Shown: in pieces, positions 1 through 12,353 of the stretch
How positions within the stretch are numbered: position 1 is the stretch's first letter
Layout of the letters: every line of letters begins with the position of its first letter
Assembly (NCBI GenBank): GCA_000004985.1
Contig: GG738884.1
From: Naegleria gruberi
Lineage: Eukaryota
DNA length: 64,000 bases
Reading direction: 5' to 3' (one strand)
Position numbers and translations under genes: made by a program
Notes under the pieces: generated by a model
Seen by the model: only the letters and a program-made list of their open reading frames with translations
Databases searched by the model: none
Told to the model about the DNA's origin: nothing

Positions 1-2418
1 ACACTACCAAGTTGGAGACTACAATCTCACTTTCATTATCAAATGTTTGGAATTCCAACAAAGATGTTGTACTATCATTTTCAACTTTAAATACAGACAG
101 CTTAATAGGAATACTCTCACTAAGGAGGAGCCTAAAGCCCAAGTTGGCCTTCTCACCAGAATCAACTCTATACCTAAATAACTCTCGTTCCTGATTTGTG
201 AAATATCTTCCCTGAAGTGGTAAAGCTTGTAAAGAGAGTGACTTGGCTACATCTAAATCGAAAACATCATTCTCTGATATTGTTTCTAAGGAGTAAGTGG
301 TTGCTTCTAGATCTCTGTTAGGGCAAGCATAGCAGATTAGAGAATATTGCTGAGGACTTGGGAACAGTTTCACAGGGAAGATTCTACCATTGATTGATTT
401 CACAACAGCTGTAGTCTCATTGTTAACAAGCATTAGATGAGTGAAGGGAAGAATGGAGATATCATCCACCAGTAATCGAGCACTAAATACTCCTTCCTTA
501 TCAATTATTAATTGGTGGCTAGAAAGGTTTTGATAAATAAAAATAGTACATTATTCAATACTTACATGCTCCAAACTTTCCACTCGTTATTTTTGTGAGT
601 CGGAGATGATAAGGCACCAGTTCTTTGTATGGATTGACTGAGTTTTGTTGTATAAATATCTTCTTGTTTACCAAAAGTTAATGGCTTTTCGCTAATAAAT
701 TCGACATATTGATTCTCAATATTCGTAAATCTTATTTCGAAAATGTCAAAATCATCTTTACATGGAAGAGTTACAGGGAGGATGCTATCAAACCCAGAAA
801 TTGTAAAGTCATAAATTAGTTTGCTAGGAGTTAGTTTCTTCCAATTACTGGCCTTTTGAATAGACACTTTTGGCTTTACTTCATCCTTGATTCCCATTAC
901 CCGTACGAATAACCTAGATGTTTCTGTTACATAGAAAACAATTGGGCTAGTGGTGGTCACATGTTTTCCAAGGAAGGCAACTGTTTTAAATTGTGTAATT
1001 TCATGTGCAACATATACGCAGTCAAAGTAGTCTTGCAGTTCTTCCAAGTCAATCCAAAAATCTTTCATTCTTTTTTCAATTCTTCTATCTTGATAACAGA
1101 ATCCAATTTCAATTTCAAAATCTGCTGTCCAAATAGAAGAATTCTTGTAAGAGTATTTTCCACCCCAAGCAACATCATTTGAAATAATTCTTAGTAAAGT
1201 ATGACCTTTGAATACAGAAATATCCTCAATTCTGAATAAATTATCTTTTTTAAGTCCTTGTGATTCTATATCTACATCTTTTTTACATTTTAAAAACATT
1301 AGTTTTCTCTTAGTTTGATCGCAATCCATTGGTGCCCTACAAAGATATTTAACTAAACTGAAGGTAGATTTCCATTCCTTGTGTGATTGAAGGGAAAGTG
1401 TCAGAGGAGAGATTACATCTAGAATACTTTCACATGAAACTGGTTGCATGGAAAAGTCAGAAAATAGGCAAGAGAAGCACCACAGAGGATCTGTAAATGC
1501 CAAATGTTCTTCTCCATTTGAAAGAGCAATAATTCCTTTCAAAATTATTGAAGGCCAGAATTCATCATAGGGAGAAATTGGAAACATTATTTTACCATTT
1601 GCATCATGTGGGAGCTTATCATCTACTATTACAATTCTTTCTTTTCCTTTGTAACGAAGTTTAATGTAGTATCTTCCCCATGGTGAGATATCAGGTAATA
1701 CATCACTACCTGGTCGTTTTGGCCATATTCTTTCCCAAAGATAGGATCCAAAAGGAATCATTTCTTTGCATTCCTCAATTTGGTAAAGAGCTGAAACGAA
1801 TGCCTTGGTCCACCCTCCTTTGTTAGAAATGTCAAGAACTTTGGTGTATTTTTCAAAGTCTTCCACAACAATTTCTTCTTCATCACAATCCAAAGTCAAT
1901 TCTTGTTGAACAGGAACTGGTTCCTTTTCTTCAACTTTTTTAGTTTTTGATTTAGTTTCGGGAACTGAAGATTTTGGCGGTTCTTTTGCTTTTATCCTCT
2001 CGTAGTAAGGATGGGCTGGGAAGAGATCTCTAGATATCCTTGGTTCCCATTTTGATTTGATTGATTTCCATTCCTTGACTTGAGAAGAAAATTCCGAACA
2101 TTTTTCGTTGAACACTATTTCACTAGAATCCTTTGCAATAACATCTTTAAATGCATCCTCTGTTGTAGACCCTTTTTTCTTACTATTTGATGGAGGTCTC
2201 TTATTTGTTTGAGCAGATACTTCTTCAGGATCTCCCAATAATTGTTTATCCCTCTCCATTAATTGTTTTAAAACTTCCTCATTCCACTCTGGAAATACTT
2301 TTTCCTCATATTCACTACTGGAGTATATCGTATCGGAGAGAAGAGTGATCTCAACTTTGTCATTCTTTTTCCCTCCTTTGGATGGTGCTTTCTTTGAGAG
2401 TGAGGGTGATTTCGACAT
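1..2418 (-). CDS. Calpain-like cysteine-protease-domain protein, probably catalytically inactive. Partial: it runs off the 5' edge of the window. Exons 566..2418 and <1..518, intron 519..565.
   Basis: ATG at 2416-2418 (MSKSPSL...). The calpain domain II signature is present: ...IVIVDDKLP..EFWPSIILKGIIAL (compare VIDDxLP..EFWSALLEKAYAKL), a His motif FKGHTLLRI (compare GHAYSV), and a SND..WGG region. The expected QGxLGDCW active-site block reads NKGGWTKAFVSAL, so the nucleophilic Cys is absent. A GTAAGT donor overlaps the ORF-track stop at 562-566, and a ttctag acceptor at 519-524 leads into an open frame that continues to position 1. Confidence 0.6.
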
Positions 2419-2794
2419 TTTTTTATAATCTTATTTAAAAAAAATCGTAAAGCGTTTATAATTTTAGGCGCCAAAAAAACTTTCTTCATTTGATGCCCCA
2501 TAGATGCTTTGTTTTTATTTTATATTAACAATGTGAATATTGGAATGGAAGAAATGCTTTCTTAGCTGCAAGATGCTTGTGGTTTTACATTATCATAGCG
2601 GTTATGTTGTATGTGGATTCGGCTTGAGTCACAGTTCAAACCTCTGCTGCCCTCGTTGTCTATTCTCTTCTCACCCTTCCTATTTTGATAAACACAAGGC
2701 TAAACGATTACAGAGATTTTACATTACCCGAATACGAACAGATGCATAATGGTACCATTTCAGTTCATGATTGTTTATTCTTTCACATTAAAAA

Positions 2795-4237
2795 ATGTCT
2801 GCAACAATAACATCAGCAGGCAATCATTCCCTTCAGATCACCATTCCCTCCTATCAGGTGAGGAATGATTATATAGTCTATCAACTTGTCCTCTCTCTAT
2901 TCAATTCTACAACTTTAGCCGTAACAAAAGAAATAACATGCAAGAAACGATATTCCGAGCTCAGAGATTTTCATACCGATGTTGTTTGCTCTCTTTTACC
3001 AAAAGATAAACAAGCAATTCTCAAGTTTCCTGCAAAAATTATGTTCGGAAATATGAAGAAGGAAACTATAGAGAAGAGACTAATGCTTCTCGAACAATAC
3101 TTTTCATCATTATTGTCTGTTTTAAATTGGGATGCAGATAAATATTCAGAGTTGAGAAATGCTATCGTAAAATTATTCGAATCTACTGGGACGCCCTATG
3201 TGAGCAAACAAACAAATAGTTTGATGGATAATTCTTTTGAAGAAAAATGTTATAAGGAATTAACTCATCTTCAATTATTGTTAAATGATTCCGAGTGTTA
3301 TTGGCTTCCTTTTTGTTCACCTTTTAAATATGCTAGGTCAACTATGAGTGTAACAACAAACATTTGTAAATTAGAACAACAAGCTGAAAAGGTGATACAG
3401 AAACTTTACAGTGCAATGGATGAAAAAAGCCTTCTTTTAAAAGCTCAGAAATTTGTAACTAATTTTGTGAGCAAAATGCATGAACTGACACTTAGCACTG
3501 CAACTCTCTTCAAGGTTCTACTCAATATGGAAGAAGCACAGGATCAGGAAAATTGCATTAATGACATAATTAATCAAGGAATACAACATTTGGAGGAAGC
3601 AACCAGAATGAAGAATGTGTTGAATAGAGATTATTTTGAACCAATGTGGAAACAAATTACAAAGGGAGATCTCAGCAAGGAAATCGTAATGGATTTTTAT
3701 TTAACTTTGGTATTGCTTGGAGTAAATCCAAAATATAGATCGAGCGATGTTCTACTTGCGGCCATTGATTTAGATGAAGAATTTTCAAAGGAAGCATTAG
3801 AATATAACAATAATTTCATGAATAGACAAGCTGGATTTGAGGATGAATTTAGCTATCTCAGTTTTGCACTTGATACTGATTCACAATCTACCTATGATGA
3901 ACCTGCCAGCAAATATCATCAAGTGGTTTCGAATATTTGGAATCAACTCGATATTAGAGTGGAAACAAGTTCGCTAGACAAGTTAAAAGACAGATTCGAA
4001 ATAGCAACAGAGGAATGTGAGAAAAAGACTTCTTTTTACATTGGATTATCACAAGCTCTCATCAAGGTATCAAAAACCATGTTGGAAATGAGAGGGAAAT
4101 TATCACAGACAGCTCTTCTTAATGTAATTCCTGAAATCAAATCAAGTTTAGAGGAAGTGCAAATAGCTCTTATTAGAATCCAGAAAAAGTGTGATGGATT
4201 TATTGAGCAACAAGATTTACGAAGTAATGGCAAGTAA
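2795..4237 (+). CDS. PX-domain protein (sorting-nexin-like), single exon
   Basis: ATG at 2795. PX motifs are present: KKRYSELRDFH (consensus RRYSDFxxL) and LLPKDKQAILKFPAKIMFG...IEKRLMLLEQYFSSLL. The C-terminal half is helical and BAR-like. Confidence 0.6.
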   Translation: MSATITSAGNHSLQITIPSYQVRNDYIVYQLVLSLFNSTTLAVTKEITCKKRYSELRDFHTDVVCSLLPKDKQAILKFPAKIMFGNMKKETIEKRLMLLEQYFSSLLSVLNWDADKYSELRNAIVKLFESTGTPYVSKQTNSLMDNSFEEKCYKELTHLQLLLNDSECYWLPFCSPFKYARSTMSVTTNICKLEQQAEKVIQKLYSAMDEKSLLLKAQKFVTNFVSKMHELTLSTATLFKVLLNMEEAQDQENCINDIINQGIQHLEEATRMKNVLNRDYFEPMWKQITKGDLSKEIVMDFYLTLVLLGVNPKYRSSDVLLAAIDLDEEFSKEALEYNNNFMNRQAGFEDEFSYLSFALDTDSQSTYDEPASKYHQVVSNIWNQLDIRVETSSLDKLKDRFEIATEECEKKTSFYIGLSQALIKVSKTMLEMRGKLSQTALLNVIPEIKSSLEEVQIALIRIQKKCDGFIEQQDLRSNGK

Positions 4238-4264
4238 AAACTCCGATTTTCATTATGATAAAAA

Positions 4265-7200
4265 ATGAAAGGTGGCAATCTCTCAGTATCTAAATTGGAT
4301 AATGACAGATACACTCAGCCACCAACAACACGATCACAACACACCATCTATTCAAGATCATCAACTCTTTTCATCATCATTCTAATAATTATTTTATTAA
4401 TTTCTTCCTTCTCGAGTCTATTCGTTCTCTCTCAATCGAACTATTGTAAAGATAAAACCTATCGATTCATCAGTGTTGTTCCTGATGAAGGTGATGCAAC
4501 CAATTCATTCAGTGGTGATAAATTAAAAACCTCCATCTCTATTGGCATTGATTATTTACGGGCTCAGGGAATTTTACCAACAGGAGTTTCCATTGAAAAT
4601 GTTTTTGTTGTTACAAAGAATGATTTATCGGGTGCTATTGAAAAGATGAGGAATTTAATTATGGTCAATGGAACAAAGGATGAAAGATATGTGGGAATTA
4701 TTGGAGCGTAAGTTTTTAAAGATGATTAATATTGATGATTATTAATGATGAATTTGTAATCGGAATTAAATGATTATATTCATTGATAATGATAACATCA
4801 TGTGGAGAATAGTTACTACAGCTATGAATCTTTGACGATTGCTTATGAAATTGCCTACGAATATCAAATTCCAATGATTTCGTATGGTTCTTCTACGTCT
4901 GTACTTTCGTATAACAGATGGTTTTATAGAGTGTAAGTTTTAGGAAGAATCAGAGATTATAATTGATTAATAGTATTCCATCTTCGTTAGCCATGACATC
5001 TGCAATGGTGGAATTTTTATATTCTTTGGAGTGGTCAACTATTTCAGTTTTGGCATCAAATGAGGTTTATGGAGTTGATTGTGCAAGGAATATTCAAGCA
5101 ACAGCTAAAGAAATTGGTATGACCATTGATAATGTATATTATTTCAAGGTTGGTGATCACCAAGAATTAGCAGATCGAGTTACAAAAATCAAAGAATCTG
5201 GAACCAAGGTGATTGTGACAATTATGACTTCAGATACTGATGCCACTTTTCTATTGGGAAAAATTAAGGAAATGCAACTCAACACTGAGGGATATATTTG
5301 GATGTTTGATGAAACTTTTGCCTATCAGCCTGGTATTTCTGCAAAGAATGTTTCACTCACATCTGATTCACAGGGAATGTTCTTTGTGGAATTGAATTCT
5401 GGGTTGTGGTCTAGTGATTTGTACTTTGTTGGAAAGTTTATGCAACAATATAATTATTCGAGTGTGGAAGAGACCTATTCACAAATTCAAGCTTTTGATG
5501 TAAGTATTATTAATGAAAATATAGAGTGATGTTAACGAATTACAGAGATTTGCATTCGACTCTGCTTTGAGTTTTGGTTATACTATTCGTGATATGTGTC
5601 AAAGTGGATTGGATCCAACTCATGGTGTTGCGATGGTTTCCTCTATTGATCAAGTATCATTTATTGGAGCTAGTGGAAAAGTTTCGTTTGACTCTTATGG
5701 AGATCGTTTGGGAGTTTATTATTCTGTAAATAATGTGGATGGAAACGAGGCCACCATTGTTGCTAAATGGAGCCAACGTGAATCTATAGTTTGGGACGAA
5801 TTTTTCTATGTAAATAGAACTCTCAGAGTGCCTTGGGGTAAAATCACAAATGTTCAAATCTTTTTGAATTCACCCCTTACAGGAAACAGATGGTTTTCAA
5901 TTCCATCAGTCAATCAGGTACCACCAGAACGTCACAGTCATACCATGTCTCTAGGAATTACAACAAATAGACTATATTTATTTGGAGGTAATTCTCAATC
6001 TAAACTTAATTTTGACATGTATTCTGATTTGTGGAAGTATGATTTTATCAGTGGACAATGGTCTAAAATGGAGGCTCTCGATGGATACTCTCCAAAGGGT
6101 AGAGAGGGCCACATAATGTGGACTGTTCAAGCTGGTGTCTATAGCACGGATGAAAGAATCATTATATTTGGAGGAAAGTCAGGTTCTTACACAGATGACA
6201 TGCTCGAATATTCTACTCTCAGATCTCAGTGGAGAACAATTTCTCCAAATTCATACAAGCCATTTGCGAGATACTCAGCCAAGATTGCTCAGTACAAAAA
6301 CAAAGTCTACATGTTTGGAGGTTTGACCTATAATGGTGTAAGAGATGATATGTGGATATGGAATAATGAGAATTATCAATGGAGTAAGGTTAACCAGACA
6401 TCCTCGGCTGTTTGGCCTTATGGTAGATATTCTCACTGTATGTCTGTTTATACATACAATGGAAATCCGTATATTTTACTTTTTGGAGGAAAAGGTCCAG
6501 CTGGTGAACCTTTATCTGACATGTGGCGTTTTGACATGACTCAAGAAACTTGGGCTCAAATAAGTCAAACAGGAGATGTTCAAGGAGCTGTGTTTGATTC
6601 TACATGTGTAGCCACTGATAAGTATTTATATGTATTACATGGAAAGACTGTAAAAGGAAGTCAACAAATTATGTTCAAGAAGGTAATGAGAGCTGACTTG
6701 CCGTTCACACAAACATCAGTCAAATGGAAAGTGACAGAGTCCAATCTCAGCGATCCTAGGTCAAATGTTGCTTCTGTTTTCTTTTCCAATTATATTATTT
6801 GGTTTGGTGGTCTAGGTCTAGATTATGACTTTAATGATTTTTATTCATTGAATGTCATTAATCAAAAGATTGTTAAAGTGAATAAGAACTTTTTTGCTCC
6901 TAGCCCTGTAGTAGCTCACACCATGTCTACCTTAGGTGCATCCCTTTACTTATTTGGAGGATATATTGGTGATGACATTCCTTCCAATCTACTCTACAAA
7001 TATTCTATTGCATCCGAAACGTGGTCTATTGTCGATACTCAAACTAAACCATCACAAAGATCATATCACACCCAAGTGACACTTGGTGATCGTATTTGGG
7101 TGTTCGGTGGTATTGAGTCTTCATCAAAAGTTTATTCTGATATTTGGACCTTTTCTGCCAGTGCTGATTCATGGACTCTTGTTGAGCCTAGAACATCTGC

Positions 7201-9848
7201 AGTACCTATAGCAAGATATAAGCATGCAATGACAAGAAATGAAACCCATTTGTTTGTAATTGGTGGTAGAACTCAAACAACTCAATTGACAGATATTTGG
7301 GCTTTTGATACAGAAACGAAAACTTGGTCGAAATTCAAGCAAATTATTACCTACGCCTATACAATAGATTGCTCTGCAAAATGGTTCTCTGCAGAAGAAA
7401 CAGGATCATACCCTGCTATTTTACTATTTGGTTGTCATGATTTTTCAGGTACGCCAACAGCTAATTATTACAAGGTTGAGATAACTGACGTTAACAATGA
7501 CCAGTTCAGGCTATCATACAGTACATTGTTTAGAGAAATAGAACCTAGGTCAGGGTTGGTAGCTGTCAAGTTATCAGGATTCAAATCAATGATATTTGGA
7601 GGTAGAATGGATCAAGAATTGTTTAATACCTTATTGCTTGTTGAGGGATCTACTGGAAACACAAGTGTGATTCTTCCTCCATTGACTGAGCATGAACTAC
7701 CTTCTGCTAGAGCCTACCTTTCCTATTCATTTATTGGAAATTCAATTTACATATTTGGTGGTGTTGGTGCACCAGAAGGAACTGAATTCATTTTACCATC
7801 TCTTAGAAATGGTGACATGTGGAAATATAATATTGGCAATGTTTGTAAAGGCAAAGATTCTACCAATTGTTACAAATGTGGACCAGGAACTTATGAAACC
7901 TATGGAATGTGCGAATTTTGTCAGCCAGGGTCATATAATGAGCAGTATGGAGCCATTGATTCATGTACAGCATGTCCAAAAGGATTTTACAGTGATGTAT
8001 ATGGAGCAAATCATGCTCAGTTTTGCCTTCCTTGTGAGTATGGTACCTATTCTGATAAGCCAGGAAGTACCTATTGCTTACCTTGTCCAGATGGAGCTGT
8101 TTGTCAACTTGGTGCTATCCAACCAGTCTATAACTATACAAAGATTGCTTACAGAAAATCAAATCAACCAGATGCCTACTTTTCCAAAGAAGTGGAGAAC
8201 AGTAATGCTATCAAAATTGAAGCTGGTATTATTGCATCAATTGCTGGCTCTCTTATTCTGATAGTGTTTTTCTGTTGGAAAGTTTTTAATATTCCAAAAG
8301 AAAACTGGATCAAGAGAATGGACTTTTTCTTTACTGAGAGACACAATAGATTAATGGGTACAATGATCAAAAGAAGATCAATTGTTGGAGCTTGTTACAG
8401 TTTTATTGTTTTGGTAGCGTTCTTGGCCTACATTATTGCACTTGTTGTCCCTTACTAGTAAGTACAATTATTTCGAATATTTTATTAGAAAATTTTATTT
8501 TAGCAATTACGGAAATTATGTGGAAAACAGAAGCTTGGTTCCAAACCTTGCTTTGGATGACGAATTCAAATCAGATGCAGTGATTAGCCTAAAAATTCTA
8601 GGTTTTAACGGTCGGTGCACTGAGGGAAATCAAACAATTATTGACAAGCCAATGAAATGTCAAGAGAAGCTGTCCATATTCCTGGAATCAATTGATTATG
8701 ACAATTCCACGAAAGGTAGTAATTTCGAATATGATTGTCAAATTGACGATGATGGAGCTGGTTCGAGAAGTTGTATTGTTTCTATGAGATTTACTAATTG
8801 TGCATTTGCCAAAGATAGAAAAACAGCAACTATTGGTATTAAGGTTGGTGGTAGTAATGCATTTGCCAATGGATATGAGTATCAAGTAGATTTTGCTTCT
8901 GCCTACATTGATGTTTATATGCCTGAAAAATTACCACAGAGATCAGTAATTAATGGCACAATTTACTCTGATGATAACACCTTCTTTAGAGGAACCAAAA
9001 CTCCAACCCAGGTCAATTTCCAATTAATTCAAAACAGATACACAATTCCATCTAAAAATATTAAGCAAACAGGCTATGTCATTGATTTCCAAGATCAGTC
9101 ACAGGGAGACGTTGTTGAATCTCTATCATTTAGTCACGAAAATGGCCTTTATTTTGTGTTGAGTTTTGAAAAGCTATCCACAACACTTGAATTAGTTCTC
9201 TCTGAGAAGAAGGTTATCTTTGTCTTTTTAACTGACATGCTTGCTTCACTTTCAGGTATTTTCTCATTGACAGCATTGACCATGTCAATAACTGAATTTT
9301 TCATTTTCCACTATAAGAGAATTAGAGCTAATTTGATTGCCTATAGAAAGAAACATGCCAGTATGGATACCAACTATTTATTGGACGAAGTAGTACTTCA
9401 GGGAACTGAATATCAAGCAATGAAGAAAAATCTCAATAGACAAGACGAAGCATTCTACGATGACATTACAATAGCCAAAATTTATCACAAGAAGGGAATG
9501 AGAAGAAATGTTGTGTACATTCCTTCCAATGCTCTAGAGGATGAAGAACTCATCGATGCTAACCAACATGAACTAGTCACTGAAAAACCACCCTCAACAG
9601 AAACCTACATGGAAATGCACGAGAATGCAGACGAATATGCACCACCAGTTTTAGCCAACAACCGATCTGTCTCAATTTTCTCCAAACGAAAGAAGAAGAA
9701 TTCAAAGTCTGAACTTGCAGAACCATTCATTACCGAAGAGGAAATGGATTTGGATGATCTTGTCAATGAGCAAGACAATAATTTCTCACTCAATGACATC
9801 AAAGGACCACTCACATCTTCAACCACAGCAGTACCTTACTACAAATAA
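4265..9848 (+). CDS. Large membrane receptor-like protein of about 1781 aa: N-terminal TM anchor, ANF-receptor/periplasmic-binding-protein (Venus flytrap) ligand-binding domain, Kelch beta-propeller repeats, GCC2_GCC3/ephrin-receptor-like Cys-rich repeats, multiple TM helices and a cytoplasmic tail. Exons 4265..4707, 4813..4932, 4974..5499, 5546..8457, 8504..9848.
   Basis: ATG at 4265 followed by a hydrophobic LFIIILIIILLISSF segment. The PBP1/ANF_receptor motif YGSSTSVLSYNRWFYRV is split across exons 2 and 3. More than 10 Kelch-like blades with recurring LYLFGG/IIFGG/VYMFGG/LLFGG/WVFGG motifs lie between 5900 and 7800. A Cys/Tyr-rich block CYKCGPGTYETYGMCEFCQPGSYNEQYG..CTACPKGFYSD..CLPCEYGTYSD..CLPCPDG follows, then TM IIASIAGSLILIVFFCW and TM ACYSFIVLVAFLAYIIALVV. 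Introns have GTAAGT donors and TAG/CAG acceptors, and all phases check. The last donor (GTAAGT at 8458-8463) overlaps the in-frame TAG at 8456-8458. Splicing to the acceptor at 8503 continues an open 448-codon frame that contains a further TM (LASLSGIFSLTALTMSI) and an acidic tail. Confidence 0.55.
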
Positions 9849-9960
9849 AAGACTTCAATTAGTATACTGCATCGTGCAGGTTCAATCTCAATATACTAAT
9901 TGAGAATCAACTGCACTTTACAATGAGTATTTAAATTATTAATTTAGAAATTTAAAAAAA

Positions 9961-11228
9961 ATGTCATCGTCAACCTCTGCTGTTGATGCCAAGCAAAATT
10001 CAAAGGCATCCGAAGAAGAACGACATGATCAAGTTTCCCTCGGAGAGTATTTTGTTGTGTTTACCTTTATGGCTTTCTCTCTATTGATACATTTGTACTT
10101 ACCATTCCCAAGTACCTATGTTTTCAAAGCCTACTTTATTTATTTTGTTTTCCAATATGCACTGGCTAGATTCTTACCTGGTACTATAGTAAAGGGTCTG
10201 CCTTTGGAGGATGGTACTGTGTTGGAGTATAATTGTAATGGACTGCAAGCTTACTTGATTACGTTATCTTTGTTTTTGGCTGGTGGACATGTTGGTTGGT
10301 GGAAGTACTCAATTGTCTATGATCACTTGTTGGAATTTGTGGCTGTTACTAGTATTTTCCATTGGTGTTATTGGTCAATTGTTTTTATCAAAGGAAGAAT
10401 GTTAAAGAAGAGAGAATATAATGATGGATTAATTAGAGAAGTTTGGTTGGGTGCTGAAAGAAATCCAAGAATTCTTGGAGTTGATTGTAAATTATTCTTT
10501 GATGGAAGACCAAGTTTACTCACATGGGTTGTTGTTGCATTCTCATATGCATCAGTTCAATATGAAAAGTATGGTGCCTTCAGTACTCCAATGCTTATTT
10601 ATTTAATCTTTTCATTCTTGTACATGTTGGATTTCTTTGTAACTGAGAATCAATTCATTACTGGATTCGAAATTTATCAAGAAAGATTTGGATTTATGTT
10701 ATCTTGGGGTAACTTTGTTTGGTAAGTAGTGACTATCTCAATACTCAATTGACCAAATTATTTAGGATGCCATTTGTCTGTACTGCTCAAGCTTATTATC
10801 TTATTGAGTGGAGTGAACTTCCAACATGGGGAAGCATTGCTGTTTGTCTTTTGTGGTTATTTGGTTATGTTGTTGCTAGACTTTCAAATGCTCAAAAGGA
10901 TAAATTCAAGAGAGAACCAAATGCTCCATTCTTGGGTATCAAGTCAAGGTATATTGAAACTCCTGAAGGAAAGAAGGTTCTTACAAGTGGATTCTGGGCA
11001 TTGTCTCGTCATCCAAATTATTTTGGTGAATTGGCAAACTCACTTTCATTCGGATTGATGTGTGGATTTGATAAGGGCATTTTCCCTTACGCTTACAGCA
11101 TTTTCATTTGGACCTTGTTGTTTACAAGATACGAAAGAGACCACAGAAAGATGGCTGTCAAGTATGGTGCCTCATTTGACAAGTACTGTAAAGAAGTCAA
11201 GTACAAGATCATTCCATATTTATACTAA
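9961..11228 (+). CDS. Sterol reductase of the ERG4/ERG24 family (delta14-sterol reductase / 7-dehydrocholesterol reductase-like). Exons 9961..10721 and 10766..11228.
   Basis: Family signature 2 is a perfect match: VLTSGFWALSRHPNYFGE. The protein is multi-TM throughout, and the C-terminal MAVKYGASFDKYCKEVKYKIIPYLY resembles the family C-terminus. One phase-2 intron, GTAAGT...ttatttag, was verified. Confidence 0.75.
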
Positions 11229-11375
11229 ATTCAATCAACTTGGGTTAAATTGATTCGTAAAATATTTTTGTTGAAATTTATTGCACCATATCTCCTCACA
11301 AATGGACAAATGGTGACTTGGCTCTACTGGGATACTTCCAATTTTGTTTAAACTTTTCACCAAAGCAAATTACGT

Positions 11376-12353
11376 TCACTCACAAAACAAGTTCAATTCA
11401 CCCAATTCATCATATTCTACTTCAGTTTCTTCACAGACCACTCTTGGCTTTGGATTCATAAAGTTTTCGTATTTTTCAATGAAAGAAAGTAGTCCGTTGA
11501 TATTCGAAACCGGTTCACCCCAAAGTTTAATCTCTTGCTTATTCGTTTCCTCATATGAAATTGAATATTTCCTTCTGAAAACCATTCTCCCAGCAAATAT
11601 TCTTTCATACATAAAACTTCTACTCCAACTCCTTGTTCTGCAAACATGTTGAGCAGTTAAAAATCTTTGAATAAGGTTTACAATTCCAAAGTCATCTCTC
11701 ATGTTGTTGTATACATAATTCCTCACAAATACAATGCTCTTTGGATTTTGTATAAGGGCTGTTTTTACGAGATCCTTAGTTAGAATGCTTGAATTGACGT
11801 ATTTGAGGGATTTTCCGTTTTGTTTGACAGCTGCCAAGGCTATTTTATAATCACTCTGTAATCTATGTGAAGCATCTCTCAAGTTTAATCCATTCAATTT
11901 AACACATTTCTTTACAAAATCCCCATTATCCCTTAGTACATCATCCCCAAATCCAAGAATGGCTAACTTTCTAATAGAACATTCAACTGCCACCTCCAAA
12001 ACTTCTATTTCCTTATCCAATGATGATAAATACAAAACCTCTCCTCTCGTCTTCTTCATTATACTCTTGAACAATTCTTGATTCTTACTAAACAATTGCT
12101 TTACAATAATTGCAGTGTCATACGAGCATCGATAGAAAACACTTCGTGTTCTCTTTTTCTTCCGAAAACAATCATCAATATCTCTGAAGAATTTTACAAC
12201 CTTTTCCATTCCCCAATTTTTGTATTCAACAACTTGATGTGATTCTTCTTTGAAATTGTTTTTCATTAATTGAAAATATTTGTGATGATGATAAAATTCT
12301 ATCAATCCAAGTGATTGAGAATCGAGTAGGCATACAACTGGTATTGCTGACAT
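11376..12353 (-). CDS. DUF4116-repeat protein (hypothetical)
   Basis: ATG at 12351-12353. Tandem repeats of the form LRDASHRLQSDYKIALAAVKQNGKSLKYVNSSILTKDLVKTAL match the DUF4116 repeat pattern (..AvkqnG.aLkya...l..d.e.v..A). Confidence 0.5.
   Translation of the reverse strand: MSAIPVVCLLDSQSLGLIEFYHHHKYFQLMKNNFKEESHQVVEYKNWGMEKVVKFFRDIDDCFRKKKRTRSVFYRCSYDTAIIVKQLFSKNQELFKSIMKKTRGEVLYLSSLDKEIEVLEVAVECSIRKLAILGFGDDVLRDNGDFVKKCVKLNGLNLRDASHRLQSDYKIALAAVKQNGKSLKYVNSSILTKDLVKTALIQNPKSIVFVRNYVYNNMRDDFGIVNLIQRFLTAQHVCRTRSWSRSFMYERIFAGRMVFRRKYSISYEETNKQEIKLWGEPVSNINGLLSFIEKYENFMNPKPRVVCEETEVEYDELGELNLFCE

Noticed and set aside
12-194. ORF-track proteins shown starting with M at non-ATG codons (for example 12, 12808, 13935, 24277, 27395, 30535, 35949, 40319, 44903, 48211, 50510, 59218, 60575)
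   Set aside because: At these coordinates the first codon is TTG or GTG. The track evidently prints M for alternative initiators. For nuclear eukaryotic genes I moved starts to the first in-frame ATG or to an upstream exon.
961-1182. Many 60-120-aa ORFs antisense to or overlapping long genes (for example 961..1182, 5657..5857, 19099..19629, 20044..20346, 25557..25904 and 41450..41833)
   Set aside because: These are shadow ORFs inside confidently assigned coding regions on the other strand or frame.
8456-8458. TAG stop taken as the end of the Kelch/Cys-rich gene
   Set aside because: GTAAGT begins with the G of the TAG. An in-phase acceptor at 8503 continues a 448-codon open frame that has no ATG for about 50 codons. 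The single-gene model is preferred, but the two-gene alternative is kept as a caveat.
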